DNA of 64,000 nt. Origin: Dehalococcoidia bacterium. Lineage in GTDB: Bacteria; Chloroflexota; Dehalococcoidia; Plut-88900. This document shows positions 57,395 through 64,000 of the stretch, one piece after another. The notes under the pieces are model-generated. The model saw only the letters and a list, made by a program, of their open reading frames with translations. It had not been told where the DNA came from and did not search any database. The stretch's first letter is position 1; every line of letters starts with the position of its first letter. The DNA lies in NCBI GenBank assembly GCA_965207225.1, contig CBDBLV010000003.1, positions 1 through 64,000 of the forward strand, in the 5' to 3' direction. A program made the translations under genes and the position numbers.

Positions 57395-59073
57395 GTAAGG
57401 AGGACGACATGACGAAGAAGCACCTACAGCCGCTGACACCGGCGGCGCTCTACGCCAGGGTGTCCAGCGACCGGCAGGACGTGGACCTGTCCGTGTCCGC
57501 CCAGCTAAGGGCGCTCAAGGAGTACGCGAAGGCCAACGGCTACTCCGTGGCCCGCGAGTACGTGGACGAGGCCGAGAGCGGCCGCGTCGCCGACCGGCCC
57601 CAGTTCCGAGAGATGATCGAGGAAGGCAGCAAGGCCAAGGCTCCTTTTGACGTGATTCTCGTCTGGAAGTTTTCGAGGTTCACCCGCAAGCGGGAGCACG
57701 CCGTGGCCTTCAAGTCCCAGCTCAGACGCAAGGGCATCCGCGTGGTGTCCATCACCGAACAGGCCGAGGACAACGCCACCGGCAGGCTGCTTGAGGGCAT
57801 CATCGAGAGCGTCGATGAATACTACAGCGAGAATCTTGCCCAGGAGGTCGTCCGGGGCATGAGAGAAGCCGCGTCGAGGGGCTTCTTCCTCGCCTCCAAC
57901 GCCCCCTTCGGCTACAGGAAGATCAAGGTGCAGGACGGTCCCAAGGAGCGCCCCTCGCTTGAGGTAGACCCGGCCACGGCTCCTGTAGTGAAGGAGATAT
58001 TCGAGAAGTCCCTGCGGGGCAGCGGCCTCAAGGAGCTGTGCAAGGAGCTGAACGACCGGGGCATCACCAACAGGGGGAAGCGCTGGTACAAGGGCGGTCT
58101 CCACTACGTACTGAGAAACGAGGCGTACACCGGCACCGCCGTCTGGGGCAAGACGAACAAGGGTGGCGAGGCACCGGACCCGGTGAGGGTTGAGGGAGCG
58201 TGGCCCGCCCTGGTTTCGAGGGAGCTGTTCGAGGACGTGCAACAGGCGATGAGCGAGCGTGCCCCGAAGGTGCAGAGGCCCGGTAGAGTGGGGAGCAAGT
58301 ATCTCCTGAGCGGGCTGCTCAAGTGCGGGGTGTGCGGCAGGCCCTACTCGGCCCAGGGAGCCAAGAGCGGCCAGTTCGCCTACTACATCTGCGGCACCCT
58401 GTTCAGGGAGGGAGCGGGGACGTGCAGCGCCGGCTACCTGAACGCCCCGAAGCTGGAGACCTTCGTGGTGGAGAAGATCAGGGAACGGATACTGAACGAG
58501 GAGACCATCGTGGCCCTGGTGCAGCTTGTGGCCGAGGAGACCGACGCCATGGCCGGAGAGCTGTCCGGCAGGCTGGAGGTCGTCGAGGCAGAGCTAGGGG
58601 ACGTGAGGAAGCGGCTTGAGAAGCTCTACGAGGCCATCGAGACCAGCGAGCTGACCGTTGAGGTCTTGTCGCCCCGCATCATGTCCCTGAGGCATCGTGA
58701 GGAGCAGTTGGAGGCTGCGAGAGAGGACGCCGAGACCCAGCTTGAGCAGAGGCGAGTGGAGCTGCCCGACACCGAGGAGATAGCCCGGTACGTGGCGGAC
58801 TTCCGGGACTTCCTGAAGGAGGGGACGATCCCGGAGAAGAAGGCGCTCATCCGCAATTTCGTGGAGGGCATCGAGGTGGCGGGAAACGATGCGACGCTGA
58901 CGTACACGGTCCCCATGCCGAGCGATGGGGTGACCAGGGAGTCGGCCTCGGTTCTTGATTTCGTCAAGTCCAGCCCACCAGACTTGACGGTAGACAGAAC
59001 CGGGGAGTGGAGAGCCACCTCCTCGGCGTCCCTTCCGCCTATCGGAGCATCCTCCGGCATAGGGATGGAGTAG
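57391..59073 (+). CDS. large serine recombinase Int1b
   Basis: close paralog of Int1a; ATGA overlap with RHH (alternative start 57409); read-through tail past the att site. Confidence 0.95.
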   Translation: MSKEDDMTKKHLQPLTPAALYARVSSDRQDVDLSVSAQLRALKEYAKANGYSVAREYVDEAESGRVADRPQFREMIEEGSKAKAPFDVILVWKFSRFTRKREHAVAFKSQLRRKGIRVVSITEQAEDNATGRLLEGIIESVDEYYSENLAQEVVRGMREAASRGFFLASNAPFGYRKIKVQDGPKERPSLEVDPATAPVVKEIFEKSLRGSGLKELCKELNDRGITNRGKRWYKGGLHYVLRNEAYTGTAVWGKTNKGGEAPDPVRVEGAWPALVSRELFEDVQQAMSERAPKVQRPGRVGSKYLLSGLLKCGVCGRPYSAQGAKSGQFAYYICGTLFREGAGTCSAGYLNAPKLETFVVEKIRERILNEETIVALVQLVAEETDAMAGELSGRLEVVEAELGDVRKRLEKLYEAIETSELTVEVLSPRIMSLRHREEQLEAAREDAETQLEQRRVELPDTEEIARYVADFRDFLKEGTIPEKKALIRNFVEGIEVAGNDATLTYTVPMPSDGVTRESASVLDFVKSSPPDLTVDRTGEWRATSSASLPPIGASSGIGME

Positions 59074-60557
59074 CGCAGCAAAGCATTGCCGGGCATGACC
59101 ACGATCTCCTTGACGAAGGACTCAATGAAGGCCCTGCGCTCCGTCAGTTCGCTCTTGTTGAGGAAGAGGCTCATGTCCTGGGCGTAGGCCGTGATGGTAT
59201 CCACGTCGTCCAGGACCTCCCTGCGCTGCGAGAGCATAGCCCTGGCCTCCTGCGCCGACATCTCCAGCTTCTCCTGCCGCTCCCGGTGGTCTCTGATGCG
59301 GGGCTTGAAGTCCTCGATGTCCAGGTCGGTGGTCTCCGCCAGGTCGTAGAGCCGTCCCAGCCTGCGCTTCACGTCATCAAGCTCCGACTCGATGGTCTCC
59401 AGCTTCTGCCGCTGCTCCCTGGCGATGCCGTCCATCTCCTCGTCTACCAGCTTCACCAGCTCCCGGATGTTGGAGTCGGTGAGCACATTCTGACGTATCT
59501 TCCCGACCACCATCTCCTCGAAGCGCCGTGCGTTGAGCCTGGGGGTCTCGCAGGCGTGCCTGCCTCGCTTCATGATGGACTGGCAGACGTAGTAGGCGTA
59601 CTTCCCGCTCTTGGCGTCCTGGCCGGAGAGCGCCCCGTCGCACGTCCTGCACCGGACCAGCCCGCTGAGCAGGTAGGTGCTTCCCACACGGCGCGGGTGC
59701 GCCTTCCTGGGGGCACGGGAGCGCATGCGCCTGTTCACTCTCTTGAACTGCGCTTTGGATATGATGCCGGGGAACGCTTTGTCCACCCTGACCGGCTCGT
59801 CCTTGCCCTTCCCGCCGACGCCCCAGAGAAGGGTTCCCGTGTAGGCTTCGTTGCGGAGGATGATGTGGACGCCGTTCTTGGACCAGAGCCTGCCGGTGGG
59901 GTTGGCGACGCCCTCGGCGTTGAGGGTCTGGGTGATGTCCAGGATGCCTCTGCCCGACTCGGCCATATTGAAGATGCGCTGCACCACGGGAGCGGTTGCG
60001 GGATCGGGCTCCAGGGTGGGGCGCTTCTTGGCCCCGTCCTGCACCATGCGCTTGCTGTAGCCGTAGGGCACCCGGCTGGCGACCCAGAAGCCGCGTGAGG
60101 CGGCCTCCCGCATCCCCCGCCGAACTTCTTCCGCCAAATTTTCGCTGTAGAACTCATCGACGCTCTCGATGATGGCCTCCATGAGCCTGCCGGTGGCGGA
60201 GTCGTCGGCGTGCTCGGTGATGGAGACGACGCGGACGCCCTTCCGTCTCAGCATGGACTTGAAGGCGACGGCGTGCTCCCGCTTGCGGGTGAAGCGACTG
60301 AATTTCCAGACCAGAATCTCGGCAAAAGGTGCCTCGGGCTTGCTGGCCTCGTCCAGCATCTTGCGGAACTCCGGGCGGTCGGCGATACGGCCGCTCTCAG
60401 CCTCGTCGATGTACTCCCTAGCCACGAAGTAGCTGTTCTTGTCGGCGTAGTCCCTGAGCGCCCTCAGCTGGGCCGCAACGGACAGGTCCACGTCCTGGCG
60501 GTCGCTGGACACCCTGGCGTACAGGGCCACCGGCGTGTTGTTATTCGTCTGTTTCAT
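58626..60557 (-). CDS. large serine recombinase Int2b, convergent with Int1b
   Basis: close paralog of Int2a; GGAGGAGG RBS; antisense read-through tail. Confidence 0.95.
   Translation of the reverse strand: MKQTNNNTPVALYARVSSDRQDVDLSVAAQLRALRDYADKNSYFVAREYIDEAESGRIADRPEFRKMLDEASKPEAPFAEILVWKFSRFTRKREHAVAFKSMLRRKGVRVVSITEHADDSATGRLMEAIIESVDEFYSENLAEEVRRGMREAASRGFWVASRVPYGYSKRMVQDGAKKRPTLEPDPATAPVVQRIFNMAESGRGILDITQTLNAEGVANPTGRLWSKNGVHIILRNEAYTGTLLWGVGGKGKDEPVRVDKAFPGIISKAQFKRVNRRMRSRAPRKAHPRRVGSTYLLSGLVRCRTCDGALSGQDAKSGKYAYYVCQSIMKRGRHACETPRLNARRFEEMVVGKIRQNVLTDSNIRELVKLVDEEMDGIAREQRQKLETIESELDDVKRRLGRLYDLAETTDLDIEDFKPRIRDHRERQEKLEMSAQEARAMLSQRREVLDDVDTITAYAQDMSLFLNKSELTERRAFIESFVKEIVVMPGNALLRYSIPMPEDAPIGGRDAEEVALHSPVLSTVKSGGLDLTKSRTEADSLVTPSLGMGTVYVSVASFPATSMPSTKLRMSAFFSGIVPSFRKSRKSATYRAISSVSGSSTRLCSSWVSASSLAASNCSSRCLRDMMRGDKTSTVSSLVSMAS
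58950..59001. other. hybrid att site B2 inside both integrase ORFs
   Basis: GGTTCTTGATTTCGTCAAGTCCAGCCCACCAGACTTGACGGTAGACAGAACC; 2 differences from B1. Confidence 0.9.
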
Positions 60558-60589
60558 GGGTGCGTTCCTCCTCCCAGACTACATACGGA

Positions 60590-60631
60590 GTCTTACTCAG
60601 TATCATGATGTATCCGGTCATTCATTGTCAA
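60590..60631 (-). promoter_or_regulatory. int2b promoter with GAGTAAGAC box
   Basis: TTGACA-18 bp-CATGAT then GAGTAAGAC. Confidence 0.65.
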
Positions 60632-60687
60632 GGATCAGGAGTTTTGGAGGAGTTCCTTAGACGTAGAGCCAACTGATACTGACCTGC

Positions 60688-61971
60688 CTACCGGATCTTG
60701 CCAATCTCGTACTCCACGGCACTCAGTGACCCCCGCGCAGACTCCAGTTGTCGGGTAGATAGAAAGGCCCTTTGCTTCGCTTCGCTCCAAGTGCGCCTCC
60801 CCTTCTCAGAATAGAACAGAGCAACATTGTCGAGGCTTGCCACAAGCCTTTGGAAAGCCAGGTCGACGTCGCTGCATTCATACGGAGCAAGCGGCATGTT
60901 CGAAAACTCTTCTTCAATCTGGCTAATTCTAGTGCGTGATGCCTCGGTCCTCGACAAGAACACATCCTCCGAGACGATACCGTCTGTTAGCATGGCACTT
61001 TGTCCCTCTATCGCTGTAAGCAGCCCAGATATCTCGCATTTGAGCGAGAGGGCACTAGTGAGATACTCTGCCTTTGTCGCAGTGTTCTTAGCAACGTGTC
61101 GAGCCAGTTCTGTGTGCATTGAGTGCCAAGCAACGTATATGTGGTCTCCGATGTTTTCGCCGCACAAGTCTAACGGCCGATCTCGCTCGGGCAGATCAGG
61201 GTCAACCCAAAGACTGCGACAAACGGGGTTGCCTGTAGCGTAATCGTCGGCACTAGCATAGAGTGAAGTCCAGACGACCTTTGCCTCTGAGTCTCCCCAA
61301 CGGCCCTGGGTAAGGTGGTTCCGGTGGTATGTCCTCTTGGCACCGTCGTTCGTAAGCTGACGAACAATCGAAGCAACCTCAATTTTGTTCAAGGCTCCAT
61401 TCACAACCACTTTGAAGGAGCACCTCTTTGCCCCTTCGTGACTTACGTCCTTTTCTTCGAAGATGGTATACCGACTCACAGAAACGACCGGGGTCAAGAA
61501 GTCAACCAAAGTGGGTGCTGACGCAGAGTCAATCTTCTGGGACATCGGTATCAGGAGCTTGTAGCCTTTTCCTGTCGATATAGCTGTCTGTGAGTTTACA
61601 ACCTGCCAATAGATCTGACGATTGTCCACATCGCAAAGACACACTAGCACTGGCAGACAGTGATCAATCCAATAGTCAACGTGAGCACGGTCAGCTCTGA
61701 AAACGTAGGAATCGTCCTGTCGTTCGGTGAAGTAGCTCGGGCCGGACTTTAGTTGGATTCCTAGTAACCTGCCTGTAGCGTACTCAGCCTCAATTAATTC
61801 GGCATGAGCATCTATGCCATAGTCCGGAGCAGGTTGGGTTCTGAAGGCAAAACTGATGGCAACGAACTTGTCCATCGCCAATGCCACACCACGCTCCTCC
61901 ATTTGATGTGACTTGGGAGATTTCAAATCATCACCGCCCTTAGGAAAGCCTCTCCTATTGTCATCCAGCAT
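60688..61971 (-). CDS. DUF4365-domain (PD-(D/E)xK-like) protein
   Basis: PDYGIDAHAEL...GIQLKSGPSYF...YWIDHCLPVLV; low GC; true start may be near 61902. Confidence 0.8.
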   Translation of the reverse strand: MLDDNRRGFPKGGDDLKSPKSHQMEERGVALAMDKFVAISFAFRTQPAPDYGIDAHAELIEAEYATGRLLGIQLKSGPSYFTERQDDSYVFRADRAHVDYWIDHCLPVLVCLCDVDNRQIYWQVVNSQTAISTGKGYKLLIPMSQKIDSASAPTLVDFLTPVVSVSRYTIFEEKDVSHEGAKRCSFKVVVNGALNKIEVASIVRQLTNDGAKRTYHRNHLTQGRWGDSEAKVVWTSLYASADDYATGNPVCRSLWVDPDLPERDRPLDLCGENIGDHIYVAWHSMHTELARHVAKNTATKAEYLTSALSLKCEISGLLTAIEGQSAMLTDGIVSEDVFLSRTEASRTRISQIEEEFSNMPLAPYECSDVDLAFQRLVASLDNVALFYSEKGRRTWSEAKQRAFLSTRQLESARGSLSAVEYEIGKIR

Positions 61972-62079
61972 ATCATCTGGTGGTATTGAAACGAACCTTG
62001 TACCATAGCTCGCTCCCCTAGACGCAGCCTACTCCTCAGACTTTACGAACTGCACTGCTAGGTGCCCGTAAGGGCGCGG

Positions 62080-62484
62080 TCACCCCTCCAGCGCCGACAG
62101 GAACCGGGGAGCGTTGAGGATTCTCACGCCCCGGTGTTCTCCAAGAGGCAGCAGATGCCGCCGGTCTCCGGTCACCAGGTAGTCTGCGGACGCCTCCACC
62201 GCGCACTCCAGGATGCGGTTGTCGGCGTGGCCTTCCCCGATGACCTCCGGCAGCCTGCGCGGGTAGATGACAGTGGCGGCTTTGCTCAACGTCCTGAGGG
62301 CCTCGGACGCGCGCTCCTCGTCCCAGTCGAACTTGCGTCGCAGTACCCCTGCGGCCTCCTCCAGGATGAAGGAGGACAGGTAGAGATCGAACCGTCCCCT
62401 GACGGCCAGTTCGAGCACCAGCCGCTCGTTGCCGGGGAAGTTCAGGCCCGAAACGATGACGTTGGTGTCGAGGACGACCCTCAT
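62080..62484 (-). CDS. PIN-family TA toxin
   Basis: MRVVLDTNVIVSG...DNRILECAV...LVTGDRRHLL. Confidence 0.88.
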   Translation of the reverse strand: MRVVLDTNVIVSGLNFPGNERLVLELAVRGRFDLYLSSFILEEAAGVLRRKFDWDEERASEALRTLSKAATVIYPRRLPEVIGEGHADNRILECAVEASADYLVTGDRRHLLPLGEHRGVRILNAPRFLSALEG

Positions 62485-62738
62485 GCACGGCCCGAGCCGA
62501 CCTCGGCCCGGTACTCTTCGACCAGATCGGCCACGTCCTCAGGGCCGATGCCCTTCTCCCTGGCCCGCTCCTCTCCGTACTGGAGAAGCTGCCGCCATTC
62601 CAACTCCTCGATGTAGCGCAGCAGCGCCTCTCGAAGGAACTCGCTCCTGGACTGCCCCTGCTGCTTCATCACAGCGTCCACCCGGTCCGCCATCTCCGGC
62701 GGCAGCGAGAAGGTGATAGTCTTGGTCGTTCGCGACAT
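62481..62738 (-). CDS. RHH antitoxin
   Basis: KTITFSLPPEMA...RSEFLREALLRYIEE; ATGA overlap with PIN toxin. Confidence 0.88.
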   Translation of the reverse strand: MSRTTKTITFSLPPEMADRVDAVMKQQGQSRSEFLREALLRYIEELEWRQLLQYGEERAREKGIGPEDVADLVEEYRAEVGSGRA

Positions 62739-62757
62739 GTGCGCTCCTTGTTAGTGA

Positions 62758-62798
62758 GTCTTACCACAATAATGCAACGACGGCTCAGCTCATGTCAA
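62758..62798 (-). promoter_or_regulatory. TA promoter with GTAAGAC box
   Basis: TTGACA-18 bp-CATTAT then GTAAGAC. Confidence 0.6.
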
Positions 62799-62833
62799 TG
62801 TCAGATGGCCTGTAGAATAGCGTCTGCCCGCTC

Positions 62834-63268
62834 CTACGTGAACAGCTGCCATGTGAGCAGGCCGACGACCGCGAGCAGCACCACCACGGCCAGACCGAGC
62901 CTGACGGCCAACCGCCTCATACTTCTGCGGGCAGCCCGCTCGTTCTCGTACTCTTCCTCCATCTCCTCAAGCGCCTGCCGGTCGGCGGATGCGGCGTACA
63001 CCGCCTCGTGACGCTCCCGCTCCAACCCCTGCGCCCGCCGGTCCAGCTCCAACAGCCTCCGCCCAAGCTTCCCCTCCCGTGCGAGAGCCCGGCGCAGCAG
63101 CTCCTCGTCGCTCACCCGCTCCTGCCCCTCCATCCGCACGTAGACCCTCCGGCCATCCCTGCGCACCTCGACCTCTCCCCGCCGTATCATCCGGTCCAGG
63201 GTCGAGATGGAGACCTCCATCTCCCGCGCCGCCTCCGCCTTCGCCATCCAGCGCACCCGCTCAGTCAT
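62834..63268 (-). CDS. excisionase/AlpA-like HTH + coiled coil + TM protein
   Basis: paralog of 55321-55764. Confidence 0.8.
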   Translation of the reverse strand: MTERVRWMAKAEAAREMEVSISTLDRMIRRGEVEVRRDGRRVYVRMEGQERVSDEELLRRALAREGKLGRRLLELDRRAQGLERERHEAVYAASADRQALEEMEEEYENERAARRSMRRLAVRLGLAVVVLLAVVGLLTWQLFT

Positions 63269-63698
63269 TGCTCTTGTCCTCGCACTGCGGCCTGCGCCGC
63301 CACCACCGGCTGAACAGGCGCAGCCCACCGCCCTCGGCGGCGTCCTGCTTCCGCGCCGCCTCCAGGGCCTCCACGCGCTCCGTCAGGTCATCCACGAGAT
63401 CCCTGAGATCATCCACAGCTTTGACCGTCCGCCGCATCCGCTCCTCCAGCCTGTCCAGGGGCGTCGTCCTCTCCGCATCTGGATCGTCCAGGCCGGCCAT
63501 GAACCGTTGCACGGCCAGGGCCATCTTCCCCGTCAAGCGCTCTTTGCTCAGCGCCAACGCCACCGTCTTCCGGTTCACCCCCAGGAGGGCCGCCGTCCTG
63601 CGCTGTCCCTCCCGCTGGACGAGGTACTCCACGACCCACTTCTGGTCGGGCTTGCCGTCTCCGGCCCTCGTTTTCATCTTCGACTTCCGAGAGGTCAT
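63261..63698 (-). CDS. HTH + coiled-coil backbone protein
   Basis: paralog of 54861-55328. Confidence 0.8.
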   Translation of the reverse strand: MTSRKSKMKTRAGDGKPDQKWVVEYLVQREGQRRTAALLGVNRKTVALALSKERLTGKMALAVQRFMAGLDDPDAERTTPLDRLEERMRRTVKAVDDLRDLVDDLTERVEALEAARKQDAAEGGGLRLFSRWWRRRPQCEDKSND

Positions 63699-64000
63699 TT
63701 TCGTCCTCTACAGGGGTGGGCCGCATTTGCAATTCTCTGCGGAACCAGCCCTTGACAGCGACCGGTCACCATTTTCGGCCAAACCCCCGAAATGTTGCAT
63801 AAATCCAAACCTGCGTGGCCCGAAATGTCCGTTCCTACCCACCACCCCATTTCGCGTCATGCACCCCCACCTCAATTCCTGCAATATCCGGTGGGCCACC
63901 CTGGGCCGCGGACGCCGCCGAAGCGCCGATTTTGCTCCTCATAGACGCTTTAGACCCGCATCCGTACCTACATCCCCCATGATCGGCTGACCGGTCAGGG

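Larger units (their letters stand above)
41977..58975 (+). mobile_element. integrative element 1b (~17 kb) with cassette-like cargo array
   Basis: att right arm at left end, LSR and att B2 at right end; relaxase and backbone genes between. Confidence 0.75.
58976..64000 (-). mobile_element. integrative element 2b (runs off the window)
   Basis: LSR, cargo, TA and backbone genes homologous to element 1b, in opposite orientation. Confidence 0.7.

Noticed and set aside
11493-59001. Shufflon-type invertible system
   Set aside because: All att cores and half-sites are in direct orientation, predicting excision or integration rather than inversion

Overview
GC-rich accessory region with no housekeeping, rRNA or complete tRNA genes. 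The gene content (Uma2 nuclease, Pro/Thr-linker lipoproteins, Calx-beta adhesins) resembles host-associated Chloroflexota, but that is a low-confidence inference. The window is a nest of related integrative elements built on large serine recombinases (LSRs). Two head-to-head LSR pairs (23261-26427 and 57391-60557) each have a 52-bp hybrid att site inside their overlapping 3' ends. A reciprocal hybrid site at 11493-11544 delimits a ~13.3-kb element. Excising it on paper regenerates two palindromic att sites and gives both integrases short, clean C-termini. Four further copies of the 'att right arm + integrase tail' unit lie in direct orientation at gene boundaries between 41977 and 47725, forming what looks like a serine-recombinase-driven, integron-like cassette array. 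The backbones carry replication-relaxation proteins, a coupling-protein-like ATPase, RHH regulators and a conserved non-coding oriT-like region. Cargo comprises restriction-modification genes, toxin-antitoxin modules, lipoproteins and giant Calx-beta surface proteins, one preceded by a 21-C tract. All family assignments are from motif recognition by eye, not database searches.
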